Shown here: piece after piece, positions 26,650 through 37,911 of the stretch
Position numbering within the stretch: position 1 is the stretch's first letter
How the letters are laid out: every line of letters begins with the position of its first letter
Assembly: GCF_006345805.1 (NCBI RefSeq)
Contig: NC_043001.1
Coordinates: 68,944,001 to 69,008,000, forward strand
DNA: 64,000 bases
Direction: 5' to 3'
Source: Octopus sinensis
Lineage: Eukaryota
The notes under the pieces: model-generated
The model's database searches: none
Told to the model about the DNA's origin: nothing
What the model saw: only the letters and a program-made list of their open reading frames with translations
Position numbers and translations under genes: made by a program

Positions 26650-26870
26650 TCTTACATATTAAAACTGAAAATGTCTGTGTGTGTGTGTGTGTGTGTGTAT
26701 CGGTATGTCCTCGTTTCGCGCCAAAACGGCTTGACCGATTTTCTTAATCCTCACACGCACGTTGCTTATGTGTCTGGGGAGATTTTCAGTATAAATCTAT
26801 TTCGAAAATGTGTTCGAGTAAACGGCGGAGTAACACCTTTGGATGCAGTTGAACGGCAGGCGTAATTATT
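26650..26870 (+). mobile_element. Possible non-autonomous Helitron 5' portion
   Basis: A|TC start, AAAACTGAAAATGTCTG(TG)n and AAAACGGCTTGACCGATTT resemble invertebrate Helitron 5' ends. No CTRR/hairpin 3' end found. Confidence 0.35.
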
Positions 26871-27225
26871 TTACAGCTTCCAATAGAAATAACCCATACC
26901 CTCTTTCATAAATTATTTGATAAAAATGAAATTGAATATGGTTTCACCGATACAATATACAACCTAGCGCTGATTGAGATTGAAATCAATACTTTAGCTT
27001 TAGGCGCTAATGTAATGACCACTTTCAGTAATGACCTACTATTCTGCTCCCTGTTGGTAGGACTGTAAAGTCTACGTTTAAGTTTCCCCTTAACCTAGCA
27101 AGTTCACCAACGCCACATTATATAAATATATATATATGTATATATATATATTGTATATATATATGTTATATATATATATTTAAATACATTTGTATATATA
27201 TATTATATATAAATATTGTATATAT

Positions 27226-27338
<113 letters not shown>

Positions 27339-27409
27339 AATAATAAGGGTAGAAATTGATATGTAAATATGTTTAGAAATATTAAAAATTATGATACATG
27401 CCAGATTGA

Positions 27410-27545
27410 GAGGAATGACCACTAAAGTGGACACCAAATATGCTAAACATAGATGTAAAATCACCATTACCACGAGTCTCCGTGGTAATGGCGATTTGAC
27501 GTCTATGTTTAGAATATTAGGTGTCCCCTTTAGTGGTCATTCCTC
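27410..27545. mobile_element. 136-bp foldback MITE, possibly Kolobok-type (TTAA target, RR...YY ends)
   Basis: TTGA|GAGGAATGACCACTAAAG...CTTTAGTGGTCATTCCTC|TTAA. The whole element is an imperfect hairpin with a 6-nt loop. Confidence 0.65.
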
Positions 27546-27591
27546 TTAAATATATATCTTGTATATAAATATATATATATGATATATAAAT

Positions 27592-27668
<77 letters not shown>

Positions 27669-27781
27669 CTTCTTTATTGTATATATATAAATTACGTATA
27701 TTAGATATATATTTTATATATATATATATATCTTATATATATATTATGTATAATACATATATATTATATATATATTACATA

Positions 27782-27821
<40 letters not shown>

Positions 27822-27869
27822 TTATATTTTATATAAATATATAAGTATATATAAATTGCATACATATAC

Positions 27870-27924
<55 letters not shown>

Positions 27925-28422
27925 TATATATTCGTTGTGACAAGACGTACTTTTTATACCTCCCGTCAATAACTTTTCACAGCTCCCGTCAGTAACCAAA
28001 GAAGCATATTTCAACTCAAGCCAACATAAACTCTCCTTGTTTTTATCTCAAAACTTTTGAATTCTACAATCCTAATATTCTACTTTTTTACTACCATCGG
28101 AGGATTAATTTATACAAATCTATATACAACCTGGAGAAAGAAACATAAACCAAAACTAAACCCAAATCTAGTTCTACAACTAGTCTCGTGAGTACAATTC
28201 TTCTTCCTTTTTTCTTGATCTGTATTAAACACACCGCCCATCCTGATTGTACTAAATACACAGAGCTCTCCCACACACAAGCCACGCATTTCCGAGTATA
28301 TCGACACAAACTTTTCAACGGCGTATTCACTATTTTACATCAAGCCATCAATAACTGGTGTACATATACATATACACGCGTACACATACATATATATATT
28401 ACACAATACTGTCCCACTGAAT

Positions 28423-29787
28423 ATGGCCAATAATATTCAAAAACGCCACTGGGTTGAAAATGAAATTACTGCAATGATAAACGCTTGGTTCATTCATCAC
28501 AATGAAGCTAATGTCTACAGTAAAATAGCTGAGGACTTAACGAAACAATCAATTTACAGATCTATAAAACAGATCGAAAACAAAATAAAAGAGATTAAAA
28601 GAATATTTCCTATTTTCCACGCGCACATGGCTACACTAGAAGCCATTCTTGCCAATGAATGCAGTGCACCAAATGACCAAATTCCAACAGGCCAGGGGAC
28701 ACTTCAAAAGCAACAAACAACTGACCTAATTCCATTGGAGCCAGCACCTGACGAACCAAGTCAAGTTTCACTGCTGCTACAACAACAACACTCTGATACA
28801 AGTCAAGTTTCACTGTTGCTACAACAACAACACTCTGCTACAAGTCAAGTTTCACTGTTGCTACAACAACAACAACAACAACAACAACATTCTAATACTA
28901 CTGCTACTACAGCCAGAATAGAAAAACCACTACTACACCCACATAAAATAAACTGCCGTTACTATTCTCAAGGCAGTTGTAGATTTGGCCCCATTCTAGC
29001 AAGCCAGAACCCACTATCACAAAAACAACAACCTGCTTCTGACACTACATTGAAACAACAACACTCTGATACTGCTACTACAGCCAGAATAGAAAAACCA
29101 CTACTACACCCACATAAAACACCCTGCCGTTACTACTCTAAAGGCAACTGTAGATTTGGCCCCAGCGGCACAAACAACAATGGACGCTGTGCTTTTTACC
29201 ATCCTACCTTATGTGGTAGACTTGTTAAGGGCACCTGTCCATATGGTATAACGGGAAAAAACTAGCCCCACCTCCACCCCAAATACTGTTCTAAATACAG
29301 AGTTCATGGTCCTGATCCTAAATACGGATGCACAAAAGGCAATGGATGCACCTTATTCCATCCTAAACTGTGCCAAACTTCTGTGTCACAAAGGATGTGC
29401 TTGAACCCAGAATGCAGCCACCATCATCTGAAGGGCACAAAACGATCACAGAATAAATATAAACAGGAACAGAGGAAATCTAAGACAACAACAAGAACAA
29501 AATACAACCATGTTTCCCCTCCTACAATCAAACAACGTAGACAAAACCATGAAAAAACACCAAATAACGCCAACATGTAATATGTATCATCTGACCAAGT
29601 GGCAAACCAAAGAGGTAACTCTTTTTTACTCACATACTTAGAAAATATGAAGGCCGACCTAAGCCAGGAGATCAAACGAGCTATCAGCAACCACCTATGC
29701 AAATCACAAGGACCACACGCCCATTACCAACAAGAAAATCATACACACACAGCTCCATACAAGAACTACCCACATTGTTACCAATGA
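28423..29787 (+). pseudogene. LINE ORF1: N-terminal Myb/SANT(trihelix)-like segment, Gln-rich repeats, multiple CCCH-type zinc-finger motifs; in-frame stops at 29263-29265 and 29578-29580
   Basis: ORF-track pieces 28423-29265, 29383-29580 and 29599-29787 are all in one frame. Motifs CRYYSKGNCRFG...CAFYHP, CPYG...HLHP and CTKGNGCTLFHP. Confidence 0.75.
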
Positions 29788-32754
29788 ACACCATAAAATA
29801 TAACTTAGAACAATGCAAACATCAAACTTCCCTTACCTCGACATTCCTGTTAAATGTACGTGGCATCAACCCATCAATTACTGCCCAAAAATGGAAGATC
29901 CCATATATAGAGAATTGTCTTGCCGAAACGGCACATTGCTTCCCTTTCTTTATCCTTATAGAGACTCACCTGAACAACACTCATAAGGACGCCGAGGTGA
30001 AAATAAAAGATTTCACCATTGTTCGTGCGGATCGCACAGACCGAAATAAGGGAGGGACAGTCATCTTTATCCATGACTCCTTTTCACTTGATGCCAAGGA
30101 CATATTTTCCAATGGCTACTGTGAATCGGTATCACTATTCAGCCAGGCCAAGGACATAATCAGTGTTGGTCTTTACAGGCCTCCCCAGACACCTCTAAAG
30201 TGCTTTGAAGAGTGCCTTAGCAAAGTCAAGTCCTTCCTTCGGAGGTACCACTCCGGAAACATACTAGTGATGGGTGATTTTAACCTCCCTCATGTGAACT
30301 GGCCCACAAATACTCTGAAGTTAGGCAAGTGCTCTACATCAGATAGAGCAGCAGCAGAACTGATCTTTAATCTGATGGATGAATACTTCCTGATTCAGCT
30401 AGTGCTCGAACCAACGAGGCAGAATAAAACGACCTTGGATCTGGTATTGACCAATCAATCTAGCTTCGTTCACAGTATTTCAGTTGAAAAAACTCTCCTC
30501 TCAGACCACGACATGGTACTCTGCAATTTTAATTCCCGACATATAAAAACCAAACCAGCCACTCTCACTCCATGGCACCCATTTTACAACATAAACTTCC
30601 ACAAAGCGGACTGGGGAGCAATGAGAAAGGATTTGTATTCCATCGACTGGTCTTTTACTCTCAATTCCTCCCATATTGAGACCGCGTGGCAGCACTTTGA
30701 AAACATTGTCACCTATACATGCTCTAAACACGCTCCCACGAAATCTAACACAAACAGAAACCGGCTCCCTAAAAAGAAAAAAAAAACACTCATTAGGCGT
30801 ATCAAAAGACTCAACAAAAAAATCAACCAATTAAAATATTCCCACACACAACATCTACATTCTACAACAATGAAAAGGATAGAGCTGGAAAAACTTCATC
30901 TGCAGACCGACATGAAAACCTCCATTGAAAATCAAAGAGCTGTGGAGGAACAGTGGGCAATCAAAAACATCAAACAGAACCCAAAAGTGTTCTATTCTTA
31001 TGCAAATAAGCATAGAACCACTGTCTCACCCATTGGGCCATTGATTGATGATAACGGCATTCCCCAACACGATGCTAAAGTAATGGCAGAAATACTGCAG
31101 AAACAATACTGCTCTGTCTTTAGTGTTCCCACTGATATTGACGTAAGAGAAGCGAACGAAGTTGACTCTCAACATAAAATCTCAGACATAACCTTCACTG
31201 CCACTGACATCGTAGCAGCAATAAATGAGGTCAAATACTACTCTGCTGTAGGCCCCGATAGATTCCCCGCTAGTCTCCTGAAGGAATGCAGACACCAACT
31301 TGCAGTCCCTCTGACCAACCTCTGGAGAAATTCGTTAGACGCAGGTTATATACCGAAACAGTTTCTATCCCAGTCGGTCATCCCGGTTTTCAAACAGGGA
31401 AACAGATCCCTCGCAGTCAACTATCGTCCAATCTCACTCACCTCCCACATCATTAAAGTGTTTGAAAGAGTGTTAAGATCAAGGATAGCTGACTTCCTGG
31501 AGACTCACAAACTCCTAAATGCAAATCAGCATGGCTTTCTCTGTGGCAGGGACTGTCTAACACAGCTCTTACACCACATTGAAGATGTACTCAAAGCCTT
31601 GGGAACAGGTTCGAACTCTGACGCCATATATTTTGACTTCAGTAAAGCGTTCGACAGGGTAGACCATAATATCCTACTCTCAAAATTGGCAAATGTTGGA
31701 ATCCGTGGAAAACTTCTACACTGGATTAAGTATTTCCTGGCAAATAGAACACAACATGTTGTAGTTGATGGAGTCCACTCAAGCCCAGCAAAAGTCACCA
31801 GCGGTGTTCCCCAGGGGACTGTCTTGGGTCCGCTACTCTTCATAATTTACATAAACGACCTTTCCAGTGTCGTACATTACTGCAAAGTGAAAATACTTGC
31901 TGATGACACTAAGCTCCAGCAAATCGTCAATGAAGAAGCAGACCGAACTCAACTCCAGTCTGATCTATATGCTGTGAGTCAATGGGCAGACAGAAACAAA
32001 ATGCAACTGAATGAGGGAAAATTTGAGCTGATGCATTTTGGAAGAAATTCCTCACTAAAACAGCCATACTCTCTTCCTTCAGGGGAACCACTCACAGCCT
32101 CTAACAATATCAGAGACCTGGGTGTAATTGTTGATGAAGATCTCAGTTGGAGTGCACACATCAACAAGAAGGTCGATATAGCTCGTAGGATGAGTCCCTG
32201 GATCTTAAGAACTATCCGGTCCAGAGAACAAGGTGTCATCATACCACTTTTCTCCTCCTTTGTACGGCCACGCCTTGAATATTGCTGCCCACTGTGGTCT
32301 CCCCATACAAGACAAAACATCTCGAGGATTAAGTCACCCCAGAGGGCACTCACTCGATTATTGGGATCGCCTTAAAGCCTTGAAACTTTACTCTCTCCAG
32401 CGTCGCCGTGAGCGGTACATCATTTGTACAATGTGGAGAATATACCGCCAACTTTGCCCAAACGACCTTAACATTAGCTTCAAGGTTCATCCAAGACTGG
32501 GACCACGGGCCATACGTCCCCTGCCCAATTCAAGATCACAGCATACATGTACACTGCAACATAATTTCTTTTCCTCAAAAGGCCCTGCCCTATTTAACAT
32601 TGTCCCGAGGGAGATCAAAGAGGAAAAGGATCCCATCAATTTTAAACGGAGTCTGGATAGATTCCTTCAAAGAATACCAGATAAGCCACCCATAATTGGA
32701 TACAACTCACCCAACAAGAACTCACTACTTGAATGGACCATAAACGAAACTTGA
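29784..32754 (+). pseudogene. LINE ORF2 endonuclease-reverse transcriptase, with a frameshift/deletion near 32345-32375
   Basis: 892-aa open frame with APE and RT motifs. The C-terminal domain continues in another frame to the stop at 32754. Confidence 0.9.
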
Positions 32755-33202
32755 CTTAAACAGGATTCGAATAATCTTATCAGGTGGTGCTATTAAGTTA
32801 TGCTCGTCTGGAAGCGGTAAGAACAAGAGATCCAGTTTTATTTTAAAGACACTTACATCCACACCATGCAGGTATCTCAGGTATTTTGGAAAGATTTTAA
32901 TGATGTGTGGGCTCTTGAAACATATAGTCAATCCAAACATGAACAAGCATGCAAAGACAACAACGCGAGGATATTGAATAAGTATAGTGTTCTTGGACGC
33001 TCTAGAAAGGAAAGAAAAGACGACTTCACGTCTCGAGGGGAGTTCTTCATCAGAAATATAGAAAAAGTCCTAAGAAAGGAAGACGGAGAGGGAGAATCTC
33101 CAACGATACACTTGCGGTCACATATAGAAATGGATATATATATATATATATATATATATAGGTGAGAAAGTTGGTGTGTGAAAGCACGTGGTTGAATATA
33201 TG

Positions 33203-33983
33203 GAAAATAGTAAAAAGTGAAAAAACTACAGAAGGCTTGTTTTAAAAGGTTAAAAAATATATATTTGAGTCATTATGTCAGAAGAATGTTATAAATTTTT
33301 TTCATACAATGACATAGTTTTTGAAGAAATGACCGGTTTCGCGTTCAGCTTTTCAAATTTCTTACATTGTTATGTTTTCGTTGAGAAGTATAAAGGGGAG
33401 TTCCAGGTAAGGGGAGGTAATAAGTGATTTCTTCCGGTGTAAGGTGGGGTCCACGGGACAATCACTCAGACGTAAATGCAGACTGCATCGACAACAGATT
33501 GCATTCCCAGAATACAGAATGATACCCTTTAGTGAGCACATTGAGAAATACGCAAAGCAACTACTACCACAATTTTTAATCTTTCCATTTTACCAATGTG
33601 CTATCGGAACACCAACACAAATTAGACTAAACAAGGAAACATTCTTCATTGAAATATATAAGCCCAAACTTAACCACTCCAACATTCTTATACAGAGAAA
33701 CTCACCCCACCAAAAAAAGCAAGAAATATTAAGCGATTATCTCCCTTATACCGGAAGAAATCACTTATTACCTCCCCTTACCTGGAACTCTACTTTATAC
33801 TTCTCAACGAAAACATAACGATGTAAGAAATTTGAAAAGCTGAACGCGAAACCGGTCATTTCTTCAAAAACTGTCATTGTATGAAAAACATTTATAGCAT
33901 TCTTCTGACATAATGACTCAAATATATATTTTTTAACCTTTTAAAACAAGCCTTCTGTAGTTTTTTCACTTTTTACTATTTTC
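33203..33983 (+). mobile_element. 5'-truncated PLE (second family): GIY-YIG C-terminus + 3' end, with an inverted copy of the 3' end
   Basis: Arms 33203-33444 and 33744-33983 are reverse complements. The spacer encodes VGSTGQSLRRKCRLHRQQI...GTPTQIRLNKETFFIEIYKPKLN. Confidence 0.85.
33825..33864 (+). ncRNA. Minimal PLE-type hammerhead, U3-A8 core (identical inverted copy at 33324-33363, minus strand)
   Basis: AAGAAAU-UUGAAAA-GC UGAAC GC-GAAA-CCGG-UC^AUUUCUU: 7-bp stem I, palindromic ACCGGU. Confidence 0.7.
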
Positions 33984-33999
33984 TCTCTCTCTCTCTCTG

Positions 34000-34049
<50 letters not shown>

Positions 34050-34464
34050 TATATGTGTGTGTGCGCGCGTGTGTTTGTGTGTGTGTGAGTGTATATATTT
34101 GTGTGTCTGTTTTTGTTCCCCCAACATCGCTTAACAACCGATGCTGATGTGTTTACGTCCACGTAACTTAGCGGCAAAGAGACCGATAGAATAAGTACTA
34201 GGCTTACAAAGAATAAGTCCTGTAGTCGGGTTGCTCGACTACATGCGGTGCTCCAGCAAGGCCACAGTGAAATGACTGAAACATATAAAAGAGTAAAAGA
34301 GTATATACTTCTACCATATATATATATATATATATTATATGAATATTAAACATATGTATCAATATATATATAGTATATACATATATATATATAATATATT
34401 TATATTATATATACATATATATACATATATACACATATATTCTATTCTATGATATATATATATA

Positions 34465-34985
34465 ACCGGTGGGTAAATTAATGCCATTTTCCACTATGAA
34501 TTTTATGCATGCGCAAGGTTTGTTTTTGATTTAGTCGAGTATATAATATCGTGGGTTTAGCTGGTCAACGTCTTTGAGAAAAACAGCACCATGAGGGAAT
34601 TCACTCTGCCATTATTGTGAAGCAATATGCAGTGCTGCTCGGAATCTCCAATACGAACATTTCAAATTGTCGGGTGTCAATCTGAGTCCGCAAAACCTAT
34701 ATCGAGAGAGAGATAAACATATAACAATTAGTCAACATTATGTTGTTTGGAGTGAGCAGTAGTGATGTCGATGTTTTGGTTCCCTTCATCATCTCACCTG
34801 CCCTCAGTCAACATGGAAGCGCATAGGAGAACACAGTCATGACTGTCAGACAATTTTTGCGTCCACATCACCCCAAACATCTGGCCACCTAACTCCCCAG
34901 AATGTGACCCCATGGATTATTACGTGTGTGGAGCATTTGAGCTAGAGACTAACAAAACTACTTGTAACACCAAAGATGAACTCAC
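34465..34985 (+). mobile_element. Internally deleted Tc1/mariner (maT/DD37D-like) relic
   Basis: Translation LSDNF...ITPNIWPPNSPECDPMDYYVCGAFELETNKTTCNTKDEL resembles the WPPNSPDLNPLDY catalytic region. The right end is lost in (TATC)n. Confidence 0.65.
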
Positions 34986-34989
34986 ACAT

Positions 34990-35310
<321 letters not shown>

Positions 35311-35537
35311 TAAGCGTTGCTTATTCACAATTTTACAACCGGAAGGCAGAAATTTATACATCAGTGAGGATCCTAAGGGCGCTAGTCAAAACCAGTTTTG
35401 CTAGAAGTAGAAGATAAAACAACTCATTGCTATAAGAAAGCAGTTAGCTTAATGACTGAGAAGGGAGGCAACGTCCCTGCACACACACACACAAACACAC
35501 ACACACACACACACACATACACACACACACATATATA

Positions 35538-35586
<49 letters not shown>

Positions 35587-35667
35587 CATACATATACGAA
35601 TATATATGACAAGAAAACAATGAATGAGATGTCGATATTGTGTAAAATAGAGGAATTTATATATAAA

Positions 35668-36927
35668 TATAATATGCCACAATTAATTGGTTGTCATAAT
35701 AAAACTCAGAGTTTCAGATGCCGGGTTTGAAGTCTGCTCCGGGATTTCATGTGTTATTAAGACAAACACTATGAAAAAAACCGTTGAGCATAGGGAAATT
35801 ACTCCAATAGGCGTGGAGAAAGTAATAATTCGTTCATAGAATCCGCATATGCACACATACGCACACACATACACGTATGCACACACGCACACACACACAC
35901 ATGTTTATATATCTATATACATACTCACACTCATGTGTACATATACATGCAAACATACATATATACATATATATGGCTACACATACACGCACATACAAAC
36001 TCATATATTCCCATGCACGCATCACTACGCTCATATTCACATCTCTACACGCACTCACACATGCATACACGGATATACAAAGCGTAGTTTATACGCACAT
36101 GTATATATACATGTGTACGAATGATTGTATATATACGAGTGCAAGACTCTACTTGTTATACTTGTCTCCATCCTTCATACATATATATGTATGTACGCTT
36201 ATATATCTGTAGGTGTAGATGTGTTTGACAGACAGGAGGGTGTATTTGTGTACATACATATATAACTCATTTGTATATTCAAGTTTTGCGGAGAATGTGA
36301 GTGTTTTACGTTTTATGTTAGTTGCGTATGATTTTTTATTTGTATATACGTCTATCCGCGTATGTATCCGCATGTGCATAAAGAGAACGTTTTGTATATC
36401 CGCCTATGTATGTGGATGTACGTATAGAGATGTGTATATGGACATACAGATGCGTGCGTTTTTGCGCATGTGTTTTATTTATATATACGTCTTTCCGCGT
36501 ATGTATATGTATGTGCGTATAAACTACGTTTTGTATATCCGTGAGTGTATGTGTGTCTGCGTGTAGAGTTGTGTATATGAGAGTAGTGATACGTGCATGG
36601 GTATATATGCGTGTATGTGTAGACATATATATGTATGTATGCATGTGTTTGTATGTATATGTACACGCGTGTGTGAGCATGTACATAGATATATACACAT
36701 ATGTGTGTGTGGGTGTGCATACGTGTTTGTGTGTGTGTATATGTGTGCATATGAGGATTCTATAAATGAACTATTATTTGTGCCATGCCTATTGGCGTAA
36801 TTTCCCTTTAATACACGGTTTTTCTCCTAGCGTTTGTCTTAATAACTTATGAGATGCTGGAGCAGGCTTCAACCCCGTCATCCGAAATTCAGAGTTTTAA
36901 TATGACAACAAACAAATTGTCTCATTA
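35668..36927. mobile_element. Old foldback/MITE-like element with about 450-bp diverged inverted arms
   Basis: Blocks such as GTTGTCATAATAAAACTC, GTTATTAAGACAAAC, AGGGAAATTAC and ATAGAATCCGCATATGCACAC recur in reverse complement at 36490-36927. Confidence 0.7.
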
Positions 36928-36945
36928 TATATATATATATGTATA

Positions 36946-37035
<90 letters not shown>

Positions 37036-37315
37036 TGTGTGTGAGTGTGTGTGTGTGTGTGCGTGCGTGCGTGTGTATATACTCATATATGTATATAAAT
37101 ATATTTATACATACACATATATACGGTTGTTAATGCGTTTACGTCCCTGAAACATACCGGTTCAGCAAAAGATACCAATAAAACGTACCGGACTTAAAAT
37201 ATAGGTTCTGCTGTTGATTTGTTTGACTAAAATTCTTCAGGGTGTTGCCCGAACATGATCGGAGTCTAATGACTGAAACAAATAAAATACAAGATACACA
37301 CGCGCGTGCGCGCGC

Positions 37316-37351
<36 letters not shown>

Positions 37352-37630
37352 CATATACTATTTGACTATCACGGACTTTCAAGCAACTTATAAAATGTAG
37401 CAAAGACTTCAGAGATGTTTCAAGTTACATTCTTGATTAATACATTTATGAATATGGACACATTTATGAATATGGACACATATGAGTAATGATGCTTGTA
37501 TTTTAAACGTTGAATTCGCTGCACAATATAAAACGTTTGTGTTGGCTTTACTTCGTTATTCTAGGTAAATTCACACACATACACACACACGAACATACAC
37601 ACACACACAAACTCAAACACAACCATATAG

Positions 37631-37661
<31 letters not shown>

Positions 37662-37733
37662 GTATTAGTAGACACAGGAAAACATATATGTATACACACG
37701 AACACACGTATATATATGTATATACGTATACAT

Positions 37734-37786
<53 letters not shown>

Positions 37787-37820
37787 CATACATACATATA
37801 CGTATACATATATGTACATA

Positions 37821-37906
<86 letters not shown>

Positions 37907-37911
<5 letters not shown>

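Larger units (their letters stand above)
27930..32830 (+). mobile_element. Essentially full-length CR1-clade LINE (ORF1 + APE-RT ORF2), inactivated; boundaries approximate
   Basis: ORF2 shows an APE domain (LNVRGI, ETHL, GLYRPP, MGDFNLP, SDHDMV), an RT domain (YFDFSKAFDRV, GVPQGTVLGPLLF, LADD) and a CR1-type C-terminus (LKALKLYSLQRRRER). Confidence 0.9.
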
